A stretch of 64,000 bases of DNA from an uncultured delta proteobacterium (GTDB lineage Bacteria; Myxococcota; UBA727; VGSZ01), in the NCBI GenBank assembly GCA_963775425.1, contig CAVZJB010000014.1:160001-224000 (forward strand), read 5' to 3'. The notes beneath the pieces were generated by a model. It saw only the letters and a list, made by a program, of their open reading frames with translations, did not search any database and had not been told where the DNA came from. Each line of letters begins with the position of its first letter. The first letter of the stretch is position 1. Position numbers and translations under genes: made by a program. Positions 50,505 to 61,533 of the stretch are shown here, piece after piece.

Positions 50505-50838
50505 GGCGCCGCCGCGCGCCGGAGCCGAGCCCCGCTCGACGCGCGACGATGCTCCTCGCCGCACGCTGCGGCAGGCGTGCTCCTTGCGGAACACGCCGCC
50601 GTTGCGCGTTTCGAGGATCGCCTGCCATCGCCGATCGTTTCACGCCGACGGGTGCTCCGGCACGCCGGCGCGCTTCGGTGCCGGCTTGCACGGAGGCGGC
50701 GGGTGGAGGGGGAGTTGTGCTCCCACGACGAGCCGGCGTGGCGGGCTCGGGCGAGCGTTTGCGCGCCGGCGTGCCGGATCGAGCGATGTGCCGCAGAGCT
50801 TCGATGCGACGGCCTACGCGGCGTTGGTGGCGAGCGCG

Positions 50839-50898
50839 CGCAGGTTGACGACGGAGGCGTGGCGGCGCTGGTCGAAGAGATTCTTTTGCTGCCCACGG
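50839..50898 (-). repeat. Dispersed ~60-bp repeat, copy 2
   Basis: Reverse complement matches 45626-45682 with an in-frame 3-nt insertion and a few substitutions. Confidence 0.75.
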
Positions 50899-50964
50899 TA
50901 GCGAGCGCGGGGGCCGCTGCCGTGCCGAAGCCGGCCGACATGCCTTCTCGTAACCGGATCCGCT

Positions 50965-52578
50965 CTACAAGAGGCAGTTGTTGCCGACGCTGTCGCTCTG
51001 CCAGCCGCAGCGTTGGCCCGTCGACGCGCAGTCGAACGACTGCGGCGCGCCGTCCTCGCACCACTCGAGCGTGCTGCCGTCGCAGGTGCCGGCGTAGTCG
51101 AGGCCGCCGCACGGATCCGGCGGCGGCGGCGGCGGCGCGATGCAGTTGTTGCCGACGGCGTCGTCCTGCCAGCCGCACGCGGGCAGCGCCGTGGTCGCGC
51201 AGTCGACGGAGCGCACGGCGCCGCCCTCGCACCACGACAGCACGCTGCCGTCGCAGGCGCCGGCGAAGTCGAGCCCGTGGCAGGGGTCCTCGGGCGGGGG
51301 CGGAGGCGGCGGCGGCGGCGCGGGAGGGGCGCTCTCGGCGAGGCAGTTGTTGCCGACGGTGTCGTCCTGCCACCCGCACGAGGGCCGCGGCGTCTGCGCG
51401 CAGTCCACGGAGCGCACGCCGCCGCCTTCGCACCATTGAAGCACCGTGCCGTCGCAGGCGCCGGCGTAGCTCAGCCCGTCGCACGGATCCGTCGCCGGCG
51501 GCGGCGGGGCGTCGTCGGCGCCGCCGGTGACGAGCGCCATGTAGTGGTCCCAGTCGAAGTACGGCCCCGGGTCCGTGTGGTTGTTCCCGGGCACCTCGCT
51601 GTGCCCGACGATGTGCGCCCGATCCATCGGGATGCCCCAGCGCCGGCAGATGTCGCGCACCAGCCGCGCCGACGACTGCATCATGGCCTCGGTGAACCAG
51701 CCCGGCTCGTCCGCCACCGCCTCGTGCTCGATGCCGATGGCGCGCTCGTTCCAATTGAGCACGTGGAACGCGGTGTCCTGCTCGTGGACCATCTGCGTGA
51801 TCTCGCCGTCCGACGAGCGGATCACGTAGTGCGCGCTCGTCAGCCGCGTGTTGATCGCCGAGCGGAACCAGCCGATGGCGCCGTCGTAGCTGCCCTCGGT
51901 GGTGTGCAGGACGATGCGGTCCACCGGCGCCGCGCGCCCGGCGTGCCAGTGGTCGTAGCGCGCCTCGAGGTAGCGCACGGCGTACGGCGAGTCCGTGGAG
52001 AGCGCCTGCGTCTTCACCTGTTGCGCGCTCGCCTTGCCGCGGCCGGAGAGGACGAGGTGCTCGCCGGTGGAGGCGTCGCCCTCCGCGCCGACGTCGATGA
52101 CGCGGAGCACCTCGTCGGCGTAGTGGCCGCCGGCGACGTCGTCGTCGGCGCCGTAGCGCGCGAGCGCGTCGTGCCAGCCGCGCAGCACCTTGGGGACGTT
52201 GCCGTCGGCGCCGGCGGCGAGGACGCGCAGCGCCTCGGCGGCCGTGCGCACGTTGTCCTCGGGCACCGCGCGCGCGTCGGCCGGATCGATGCCGAGCGCG
52301 CGGGCGGCGGACGCCAGCCGCGGCTGGTCCGGCCTGTCGACGATGCCCATCAGGCCCTGCGCGCCGCGCCCGTGCTCGTCGTCGATCACGGCGTCGTGCA
52401 TCCGCCAGCGCGACTCCACGTAGCCCACGGCGAGCAGGACCTCCTCGGGCACCCCGCTCTCGGCGGCGGCGAGCCGGAACGAGCGGCGCAGCGGCCCGTC
52501 CTCGTCCCTCGGAGCGACGCGGTTTTGGCAGCCGGCGGCGGCGGCGATGATCAAGATGGATGCGAGCGCGCAACGCAT
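50965..52578 (-). CDS. N-acetylmuramoyl-L-alanine amidase (Amidase_2) lipoprotein with lysozyme-like N-domain and three Cys-rich C-terminal repeats
   Basis: IVLHTTEG, SAHY, IGIEHE, GHSEV...HTDPG; YVESRW..GLM; 3x DPC.GL..AG.CDG..L.WCE. Confidence 0.9.
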   Translation of the reverse strand: MRCALASILIIAAAAGCQNRVAPRDEDGPLRRSFRLAAAESGVPEEVLLAVGYVESRWRMHDAVIDDEHGRGAQGLMGIVDRPDQPRLASAARALGIDPADARAVPEDNVRTAAEALRVLAAGADGNVPKVLRGWHDALARYGADDDVAGGHYADEVLRVIDVGAEGDASTGEHLVLSGRGKASAQQVKTQALSTDSPYAVRYLEARYDHWHAGRAAPVDRIVLHTTEGSYDGAIGWFRSAINTRLTSAHYVIRSSDGEITQMVHEQDTAFHVLNWNERAIGIEHEAVADEPGWFTEAMMQSSARLVRDICRRWGIPMDRAHIVGHSEVPGNNHTDPGPYFDWDHYMALVTGGADDAPPPPATDPCDGLSYAGACDGTVLQWCEGGGVRSVDCAQTPRPSCGWQDDTVGNNCLAESAPPAPPPPPPPPPEDPCHGLDFAGACDGSVLSWCEGGAVRSVDCATTALPACGWQDDAVGNNCIAPPPPPPDPCGGLDYAGTCDGSTLEWCEDGAPQSFDCASTGQRCGWQSDSVGNNCLL

Positions 52579-52594
52579 GGTGTCTCCCTTCCCG

Positions 52595-52665
52595 TTGACA
52601 CGGGAGTCAATCTCTTCGCGCGCGCTTCTACATCGGAAGCCGGGTTGATTGATACATCAGTCAAT
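52595..52665. promoter_or_regulatory. Two operator-like palindromes TTGAY-N6-GTCAA
   Basis: TTGACACGGGAGTCAAT (52595-52611) and TTGATACATCAGTCAAT (52649-52665) in an AT-rich divergent intergenic region. Confidence 0.65.
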
Positions 52666-52825
52666 ATCCCGAGAACCCCGAAAACACTGACGTTTCCGTC
52701 GCCCTTTGCCGCCCCGCGGGGGGCCGGACGTCGTGGGCCTTTCGGAGGACCCCGGGCGCGACGCGGCGCACACGGCGCGCGCATCTCGAGGGGCGGCGCA
52801 CCCGCGCCGGGGTAGAGTCCCGGCC

Positions 52826-53812
52826 ATGCGTGCCGCCGTCCTCTTCGCGTTCGTCCTGGGCTTCGCCGCCGGGTGTCCCGTCCCGGGAGAGGGCGAGGGC
52901 GAGGGCGAGGGCGAGGGCGACGTCGGCGAGGGCGAGGGCGAAGGCGAGGGCGAAGGCGAAGGCGAAGGAGAAGGCGAGGGCGAGGGCGAGGGTGAGGGTG
53001 AGGGTGAGGGAGAAGGCGAGGGCGAGCCCCCCTGCGAAAACGGCGTCGACGACGACGGCGACGGCTTCGTGGACGCCGCCGACCCCGGCTGCCTCGCGGG
53101 CAACGCCGACGAGAGCGACGATCAGTGCAACGACGGCTTCGACAACGACTTCGACGGCCTCGTCGACGGTGAGGACGACGCGTGCGCCACCGGCGGCGAG
53201 CTGTCCGGGGGCATGCCCGATCTGATCGTGGTCGGTGAGCGCGGCGACGTGTTCACGGATCGCCAGGGCACTCCCACGGCGGACGGCAACCCGCGCGTGC
53301 GCCAGACCAACGTCTCCGACAGCGACCCCGAGCGCATCGAGGGCTGCTTCACCGGCAGCGGCCAGCGCAGGATCCTCGAGTTCAACGCGATCATCGGCAA
53401 CGTCGGCACCGCGGACCTCGTCGTCGGCGCCACCGAGACGCACCCGCCCATCTGGGACAACAACAACGCCCTCGGCCAGCTCCAGTTCGAGGGCTGGCTG
53501 CGCTTCACCGTCACCGACGCGAGCGGCGCCGTCGTCGCCAGCGGCCACAAGGGCAGCTTCTGCATGATCGACATCTTCGACCTCGGGCTCGGCGGCCAGC
53601 AGCAGTTCCTGGACTGTGGCAGCGGCCAGGGCGTGAGCGTCAACTACGCCGACGAGTACTCCATCGGGCTGCCCTGCCAGTTCGTCGACGTCACCGACGT
53701 GCCCGCCGGCGACTACACGCTCACCATCGAGGCGGACGTCACGCACCAGCTCCCCGAGAGCGACTACACGAACAACGCCGCGTCGCTCACCTTCCACCTG
53801 GATCCCCCATGA
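52826..53812 (+). CDS. Lysyl-oxidase-like lipoprotein with (GE)n tract and Ca-binding DxDxDG repeats
   Basis: Lipobox AAGC. RRILEF..IGNVG.ADL, GHKGSFCM, DEY...LPCQFVDVTDVPAGDY, ESDYTNN. Confidence 0.82.
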   Translation: MRAAVLFAFVLGFAAGCPVPGEGEGEGEGEGDVGEGEGEGEGEGEGEGEGEGEGEGEGEGEGEGEGEPPCENGVDDDGDGFVDAADPGCLAGNADESDDQCNDGFDNDFDGLVDGEDDACATGGELSGGMPDLIVVGERGDVFTDRQGTPTADGNPRVRQTNVSDSDPERIEGCFTGSGQRRILEFNAIIGNVGTADLVVGATETHPPIWDNNNALGQLQFEGWLRFTVTDASGAVVASGHKGSFCMIDIFDLGLGGQQQFLDCGSGQGVSVNYADEYSIGLPCQFVDVTDVPAGDYTLTIEADVTHQLPESDYTNNAASLTFHLDPP

Positions 53813-54861
53813 GATCGCCCGCCTTCCCGCTCGCCGCCCTCGTGTCCCTCGGCTGGGCGCTCGCCGGCCTCGCCGCCGCGGGGGCGTGCGGGCCCACCGA
53901 CGAGATCTGCGACAACGGCCTCGACGACGACGCCGACGGCCACACCGACTGCGACGACGCCGACTGCGCCGCCGAGTGCGGCGGCGGCGAAGGCGAGGGC
54001 GAGGGCGAAGGCGAGGGTGACGAAGGCGAAGGTGAGGGCGAGGGCGACGAGGGCGAAGGCGAGGGCGAAGGCGAGGGCGAGGGCGAGGGCGAGGGCGAGG
54101 GCGAGATCGTCGGCGCCGACAACTGCGTCGACGGCGCCGACAACGACGGGGACTTCCTGGTCGACCGCGCCGACCCCGGCTGTCGCGACACCACCCTCGA
54201 CCGCGAGGGCGACGACGATCAGTGCCACAACGGCATCGACGACGACTACGACGGCGTCGCGGACGACGCCGACGACGACTGCATCAACTTCGCCCGCGAG
54301 GCGGACCCCGACAACCTCCCCGACCTGGTGGTGCTCGGCGATCGCGCGGGGCCCATCGAGATCGGGACCGCCCAGGTCGCCGACGGGGACCCCGAGCTCG
54401 TCGAGCACTGCTACGGCGGCACGGGCACGCGCAAGGTCCTGCGCTTCGACACCGTGGTGGCCAACATGGGCCCCGGCGTCCTCAACTACGGCGCCCCCGA
54501 GCAACACCCGGGCGTCTGGGTGCAGGACGCCTTCGGCCAGCTCGAGTTCCCCGGCTGGTCCCGCTTCACGCTCACGGACGGAAACGGCGACGTCGTCGCC
54601 AGCGGCCACAAGGGCAGCTTCTGCATGACGGACTTCACGCCCCCGCTGGTGGACAACGCGCCCCAGACGCTCCCGGGGTGCTCCGGCATCGACGTCTTCT
54701 ATTACGACATCTACGGCCGTGGCCTCGCGTGCCAGTTCGTCGACATCACCGACGTGGCGCCGGGCGACTACACGCTCGGCATCGAGACCAACGTCTTCCA
54801 CGACCTCCCGGAGAACAACTACGACAACAACTCCGCGGAGATCCCGGTCACCATTCCGTAG
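53809..54861 (+). CDS. Lysyl-oxidase-like lipoprotein, tandem paralog
   Basis: ATGA overlap. RKVLRF, GHKGSFCM, DIY...LACQFVDITDV.PGDY, ENNYDNN. Confidence 0.82.
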   Translation: MRSPAFPLAALVSLGWALAGLAAAGACGPTDEICDNGLDDDADGHTDCDDADCAAECGGGEGEGEGEGEGDEGEGEGEGDEGEGEGEGEGEGEGEGEGEIVGADNCVDGADNDGDFLVDRADPGCRDTTLDREGDDDQCHNGIDDDYDGVADDADDDCINFAREADPDNLPDLVVLGDRAGPIEIGTAQVADGDPELVEHCYGGTGTRKVLRFDTVVANMGPGVLNYGAPEQHPGVWVQDAFGQLEFPGWSRFTLTDGNGDVVASGHKGSFCMTDFTPPLVDNAPQTLPGCSGIDVFYYDIYGRGLACQFVDITDVAPGDYTLGIETNVFHDLPENNYDNNSAEIPVTIP

Positions 54862-54876
54862 TAGGGTCCACACACC

Positions 54877-56177
<1,301 letters not shown>

Positions 56178-56181
<4 letters not shown>

Positions 56182-56654
56182 TCGCCGCCGTCGTCGCCGT
56201 CTTCCTGGCGCACGCGGCCCCCCCGGAGCCTCCGCCCGCCGACGTGCTGCCGCCGGACGCGCCCGCCGTCGTCGCGGGCGCGTCGGTGGCGGGCTTCGTC
56301 GGGGGCACGCTGTTCGCCGTGCCCGCGGTGCTCGCGCTGTTGCCCGGCCCCGGGCCGTTCGTGGCGTGGCCCGTGGGGCTCGCGCTGGCCGGCGGCGGCG
56401 CGGCCTTCGGCGGCTTCCTCGGCGAGCTCTCCTACGCGCGCATCGGCGGCTCGGGCGTGGTCGCGGGCACCGCCGCGGCGGCCGCGCTCGTCGGGGCGAC
56501 CGCCGGCGGCTTCGGCGGCGCGGGGCTCGGCGCGACGACGTCATCGACGGACGCGGTCTTCTTCGGGCTCGTCGGCGCCGCCGTCGGGGGCATCGCCGGC
56601 GCAGCGGCGGGTGGCGCGGCCGGCGCCCTGTGGGTTCCGCCGGAGGAGCGCTGA
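56178..56654 (+). CDS. Gly/Ala-rich membrane protein (glycine-zipper-like)
   Basis: GTGA overlap with gltA; several GxxxG hydrophobic helices. Confidence 0.6.
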
Positions 56655-56697
56655 CCCGCCCAAAACGGCGGCGCGATGGTTCGGCTAGGCTGAGGGG

Positions 56698-58005
56698 GTG
56701 CGGGTGCCGACGTTCTGGCGTGGGACGGCCGCGTGGGGTCTGGCCGCCCTCGCGACGAGCGCGCTCCTCTCGGGCTGCGCCGACCCCTTGCTCCTCGCGT
56801 GCAGCGAAGGCGGCGACTGCCCCTCGGGCGTCTGCGGCGCCGGCGGCCTCTGCGCGGCGGTCGGCGAAGGCGAGGGCGACCAGGGCGAAGGTGAAGGCGA
56901 GGGCGAAGGCGAGGGCGAGGGCGAAGGCGAAGGCGAAGGTGAAGGCGAAGGTGAAGGCGAAGGTGAAGGCGAAGGCGAGGGGGAAGGCGAGGGTGAGGGC
57001 GAGGGTGAAGGCGAAGGAGAGGGCGAAGGAGAGGGCGAAGGAGAGGGCGAAGGAGAAGGCGAAGGAGAGGGCGAGCCGTGTTTCGACACCCACGACGAGG
57101 ACGGCGACGGCGTCGGCGACGCCTGCGACCTGTGCCCGTCCACGTTCGATCCGGCGCAGGCGGACGGCGACGGCGACGGCGTCGGCGACGCGTGCGACCC
57201 GCGCCCCGGGACGGCCGGCGATCGCCTGGTGTTGTTCGACGCGTTCACCGGCCAGGACCCTGCGTGGCAGGTGCGCAGCGGCGGCTGGGCGTTCACCGGC
57301 GACGCGCTCGCGACGAGCTCCGTGGGCGACGCGCAGCTCGTGCGGCGGACGGACCTCTCGTTGTCCCGCGTGCGCGTCGACGTCAACGCCGTGATCACGA
57401 ACGTCGACACCGCGGGTCAACAGAACTTCGGGGTGATCACCTACCTGGACACCTCGGACAGCGGCATCATGTGCGACGCGCTCGGCGACGACGGGTTCCT
57501 CCAGCACGTCGACGTGCACGACGTCTCGGGCAACGGCGTCGGGACCGCTGCCACGTTCGCCGTGCTCTCCCCGGGAGCGCTGCCGAACGGAAACCCCTTC
57601 GTCTTGACGAACCAGACCGTCGACGGCGCGGTGAGCTGCGCGTTTTCGTCTCCGTCGTCGTCGGGGCGTGTGAGCGGCGTGCAGACGGGCCGGACCGGGC
57701 GCGGCATCGGCCTGCGCGCCAACCGCTTCGCGGTGACCGTGTTCAGCATCGCCGTCTACGAGAATCGGCGGCTGAGGAGCGCCCGAGGTACAGTCTCGCG
57801 ATGCACGCTCATCGAGCCGTCGCCCTGTGCTTCCTCGTGTCCCTGGCCGGCGCGCTCGCGTGCCCGGCGCCGCCTGCGGGCGACGACGCCGGCCCCGGCC
57901 CCGGAGAGGGCGAGGGCGAGGGCGAAGGCGAGGGCGAGGGCGAGGGCGACGTCGCCGACGCCGGCCCCGACGTCGAGACCGACGGCAACGGCTGCCTCAC
58001 CTTGA
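56698..58005 (+). CDS. Lipoprotein with (GE)32 tract, thrombospondin type-3-like repeats and beta-sandwich domain
   Basis: Lipobox LSGC. DEDGDGVGDACDLCP...QADGDGDGVGDACD. The 3' end overlaps the next gene. Confidence 0.75.
   Translation: MRVPTFWRGTAAWGLAALATSALLSGCADPLLLACSEGGDCPSGVCGAGGLCAAVGEGEGDQGEGEGEGEGEGEGEGEGEGEGEGEGEGEGEGEGEGEGEGEGEGEGEGEGEGEGEGEGEGEGEGEPCFDTHDEDGDGVGDACDLCPSTFDPAQADGDGDGVGDACDPRPGTAGDRLVLFDAFTGQDPAWQVRSGGWAFTGDALATSSVGDAQLVRRTDLSLSRVRVDVNAVITNVDTAGQQNFGVITYLDTSDSGIMCDALGDDGFLQHVDVHDVSGNGVGTAATFAVLSPGALPNGNPFVLTNQTVDGAVSCAFSSPSSSGRVSGVQTGRTGRGIGLRANRFAVTVFSIAVYENRRLRSARGTVSRCTLIEPSPCASSCPWPARSRARRRLRATTPAPAPERARARAKARARARATSPTPAPTSRPTATAASP
56863..57075 (+). repeat. 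(Gly-Glu)n coding hexamer repeat
   Basis: 71 codons: GEGEGDQ(GE)32 with mixed synonymous codons. Confidence 0.95.
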
Positions 58006-58220
58006 ACGGCGCCTCGGTCGTCTGCGGCGGCCAGTCCGACCACGCCGTATGCGCGTCTTCGGTGTCGTGCGGCAACTCCACCGACGCGAGCCAGTGCTCG
58101 ATCAACTGCGAGATGGGAGCCACCGTCCAGTGCGAGAGCGTCGACGACGCCCATTGCATCGCGGACGCGAGCGCCGCCGACGACTGCGCCGCCCTCGCGC
58201 AGTGCCACTTCATCCTCTGA
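57801..58220 (+). CDS. Small Cys-rich lipoprotein with short (GE)n tract
   Basis: GAGG upstream of ATG 57801, lipobox ALAC, (GE)7 and a Cys-rich C-terminus. Confidence 0.75.
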   Translation: MHAHRAVALCFLVSLAGALACPAPPAGDDAGPGPGEGEGEGEGEGEGEGDVADAGPDVETDGNGCLTLNGASVVCGGQSDHAVCASSVSCGNSTDASQCSINCEMGATVQCESVDDAHCIADASAADDCAALAQCHFIL

Positions 58221-58280
58221 CGTCGCTCGCCCGGACGCGCGAAGCCCGCGGGCTCCGGCGGCGCGCGCGTCGCCGCCCTG

Positions 58281-59606
58281 TCAGGGGGCCGGCCCGCCGT
58301 CGGCGGGTGGGTGGGAGCCGGCGAGGAGCCCCGAGGTGAAGGCGATGCACCGCCAGATCAGCACGCGCGCGGGGCCGCGGTCCTTGGGGTCGCCGGTGAA
58401 GAGCACGAGGACGACGGCGAGGGCGATGACGACGACGGCCGCGGCCGCGGCCGCGCCGGCGCGCTTGAGCGCGCGCTTCCAGCGAACGCCGCTCACGCCC
58501 GTGGAAGCCGTGACGTCGCCGGGAGCCGGCCGCGGGAGCAGGCGCCGTCCGCTCCCTTCCCGCGGGGCCTCGTCGGTGGTGTCGCGGGGGCGCGCGCGCA
58601 CCACCTGGGTGTCGCCGGAGCGCGCCGGCTCGCCCGGCGCCGTCGGCGCCGCGTCCCACACCGGCGCGCCGGCGGGCAGGGACGGGAGCCCGTCGATGGA
58701 GACGAAGGTCGGGTCGTCGGCTTCCGCGCCGAGGCGCCGCAGGCGCTCGATCAGCCCGGCCGCGGACGACAAGCGCAGCGCGGCGTCCGGCTCGAGGAGC
58801 TCGGCGACGAGGGTCTCGAGCGCCGGCGACACCGGCTGCTGACACACCTCGCCGAGCCGCGGCGCCCGGCGGAAGTAGCGCTCGACGTCGGCGTCGTAGT
58901 CGTCGTTGTCGACGATGCCCGTGTCGATGACGGCGGCGCCGTGGGGCTTGTTGCCGGTGAGCATCTCGAACCACATCACGCCGACCGAGTACAGGTCCGA
59001 CGCCGCCGTGGCCCGCGCGCCGCGGATGCACTCGGGGGCGACGTAGCCCCGCGTCCCGAGCACGACGCCGACCTGGGTCAGCCGCGTACTCGAGCGCATC
59101 GGCAGGGCGATGCCGAAGTCGAGCACCTTGGCGAGGGTGCGCCCGCCGTCGACGGGGACCAGCATGACGTTGGCCGGCTTGAGGTCGCGGTGCAGGACGC
59201 CGCTTTCATGCGCCGCCGCCAACGCGCGCGCGACGTCGCTCACCACGGCGACGGACTCGGCGGGCGACAGCGGCGCGCGCTTGATGCGCGCCGCCAACGT
59301 CTCGCCCGGGACGAGCTCCATGGCGAAGATGGCGCGGTGCTCCTCGTCGATGAAGTCGACGACGCCGACGACGTTTTCGTGCTTCAGCCCGCGCGCGATC
59401 TTCGCCTCGCGGCGCGAGCGGGCCCGCAGCTCGTCGTCACCGTCCGCGAGGTCCACGATCTTGAGGGCGACTTCGTGGTCGGCGCCCTCTTCGCGCGCGG
59501 CGTACACCGTGCCGGCGCCGCCTTCGCCGATCACGCGCACAAGGCGGTAGCGGCCAGCGACGAGCCCGCCGACCCGCGTGTCCTCATCCGCCGGCGATCG
59601 CCGCAT
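58281..59606 (-). CDS. Hanks-type Ser/Thr protein kinase with C-terminal TM segments
   Basis: GEGGAGTV, VALK, HRDLKPAN, DFG, YVAPE. Confidence 0.93.
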   Translation of the reverse strand: MRRSPADEDTRVGGLVAGRYRLVRVIGEGGAGTVYAAREEGADHEVALKIVDLADGDDELRARSRREAKIARGLKHENVVGVVDFIDEEHRAIFAMELVPGETLAARIKRAPLSPAESVAVVSDVARALAAAHESGVLHRDLKPANVMLVPVDGGRTLAKVLDFGIALPMRSSTRLTQVGVVLGTRGYVAPECIRGARATAASDLYSVGVMWFEMLTGNKPHGAAVIDTGIVDNDDYDADVERYFRRAPRLGEVCQQPVSPALETLVAELLEPDAALRLSSAAGLIERLRRLGAEADDPTFVSIDGLPSLPAGAPVWDAAPTAPGEPARSGDTQVVRARPRDTTDEAPREGSGRRLLPRPAPGDVTASTGVSGVRWKRALKRAGAAAAAAVVVIALAVVLVLFTGDPKDRGPARVLIWRCIAFTSGLLAGSHPPADGGPAP

Positions 59607-59622
59607 CGACCGATCCTAAGCC

Positions 59623-61392
59623 TCAAGAGCGCGTGATGCGATCCACGACGCGAAACAGGGCGACGCCGCACAGGCCCGCCACCAGCAGCAGGGCCGCCCC
59701 CACGACGCGGGGGCCGAGGATCAACTGGCCGATGGCGAAGACGCTCATGTAGACGACGGCGACGCCGAGGACGAAGCCGGCGACGATGAGCGCCGTGGGC
59801 GCCGGCGGCGGCGCCGTGCCCAGGCGGGCGTAGGCGCTCGCCCAGCCCGCACCGAACGGCTTCACGCGCTCGATGAAGCCGCGCAGCACGTCGTCGTTCT
59901 CGGGCCGCGTTACCAGCGTGACGCCGAGCCAGACGAGGGTGGAGCCGGCCACCGTGAACAGCAGGATGAGCGCCTGCGCGCGCAGGTCGGCGCCCGGCTC
60001 CTTCGACGTCGTCGAAAACAGCGCGGAGCCGACCAGGGAGAACACCACGCTCGCGGCCATGGCGCTGATCTCGCTCCACGCGTTCACGCGCCACCACAGC
60101 CAGCGCAGGATGAGCACCAGGCCCGTGCCGCTGCCGAGCGCGATCAGGAAGCGCCAGGCGTTGGTGATGGTGTCCATCTGCGACGTCACCGCGATGGAGA
60201 GCATGAAGAGCACCGCCGTGACGGCGCGCGAGATGGTCACCAGCTCGCGCTGCCCGGCCGTGGGCTTGACGAAGCGCTTGTAGACGTCGTTGACGAGGTA
60301 CGAGGCGCCCCAGTTCAAGTGCGTCGACACCGTGGACATGTACGCGGCGAGGAACGCCGCGAGCAGGAACCCGCGCCAGCCGGTGGGGAGGAGGTCCACC
60401 ATCGCCTGCACGTAGGCCGCCTCGTGGTCGTGCGGGTGCTCGGCGTCGAGGAAGACGCCGCCGGGATAGAGGATGACGGTGCACAGGCCGGTGACGATCC
60501 AGGGCCACGGCCGGAGCGCATAGTGGCCGACGTTGAAGAACAGCACCGAGAGTACGCCGTCCTTCTCGCTCTTCGTCGAGAAGATGCGTTGGGCGATGTA
60601 GCCGCCGCCGCCCGGCTCCGCGCCCGGGTACCACGCGGCCCACCACTGCACGCCGAGGAACGTGAACAACGCGATGGCGGGCAGCCACGGCGAGCCCAGG
60701 GGCGGGAGCACGCCGATGGCGGCGTCGACGGAGCCGAAGTGGTGCCCGACGCCTTCCTTGAGCGCGTCGATGCCGCCCACCTTGTCGACGCAGATGGCGG
60801 CGAGCGCGATGACGGCGATCATCATGATCACGAGCTGGACGAGGTCGGTCCACAGCGCCGCCCACATGCCGCCGGCGGCGGAGTACGCGACGGTGACGGC
60901 GAAGCAGGCGAGCATCGCGAGCCACGCGTCGATGTGCAGCGTGATGCGCAGGACCTTGATCATCGCGAGGTTCACCCAGCCGAGGATGATCAGGTTGACG
61001 GGGAGCGCGAGGAACACCGCGCGGAACGCGCGCAGCACCTTGGCGGCGGCGCCGCCGTAGCGGATCTCGACGAGCTCGACGTCGCTGAGCACGCCCGCGC
61101 GGTGCCACAGGCGCGCGGTGACGAAGACGGTGAAGATGCCGCTCATCACCATGCACCACCACAGCCAGTTGCCGGAGACGCCGTGGGAGGCGACGAGCCC
61201 GGTGACGACGAGGGGGGTGTCGGCCGCGAAGGTGGTGGCGATCATGCCCGCGCCGGCGAGCCACCAGGGCGCCTTGCGCCCCGCCACGAAGTACTGCTCC
61301 ATCGACTGCGACGCGCGCTTGCTGAAGCGCGCGCCGACGATGACGACGAGCACGAAGTAGGCGGCGACCAACGCCCAGTCGACGACGCTCAC
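59623..61392 (-). CDS. Sodium:solute symporter family protein
   Basis: YFVAGR, ATTFAADTP, YIAQR, AAYMST. AGGAG RBS before GTG. Confidence 0.92.
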   Translation of the reverse strand: MSVVDWALVAAYFVLVVIVGARFSKRASQSMEQYFVAGRKAPWWLAGAGMIATTFAADTPLVVTGLVASHGVSGNWLWWCMVMSGIFTVFVTARLWHRAGVLSDVELVEIRYGGAAAKVLRAFRAVFLALPVNLIILGWVNLAMIKVLRITLHIDAWLAMLACFAVTVAYSAAGGMWAALWTDLVQLVIMMIAVIALAAICVDKVGGIDALKEGVGHHFGSVDAAIGVLPPLGSPWLPAIALFTFLGVQWWAAWYPGAEPGGGGYIAQRIFSTKSEKDGVLSVLFFNVGHYALRPWPWIVTGLCTVILYPGGVFLDAEHPHDHEAAYVQAMVDLLPTGWRGFLLAAFLAAYMSTVSTHLNWGASYLVNDVYKRFVKPTAGQRELVTISRAVTAVLFMLSIAVTSQMDTITNAWRFLIALGSGTGLVLILRWLWWRVNAWSEISAMAASVVFSLVGSALFSTTSKEPGADLRAQALILLFTVAGSTLVWLGVTLVTRPENDDVLRGFIERVKPFGAGWASAYARLGTAPPPAPTALIVAGFVLGVAVVYMSVFAIGQLILGPRVVGAALLLVAGLCGVALFRVVDRITRS

Positions 61393-61533
61393 GCTCCTGT
61401 CCTCGCGCGCATGCCGCCACGGTACGCGCGAACGACCCCCGCGCACAAACGCCCCCGCACGCCCGCTCGATGCCGTCCGCTCGATGCACGCGCGCCGCTT
61501 GTGCCAGGCCCGCCGTTGCGCGAAGTTCAGCGC

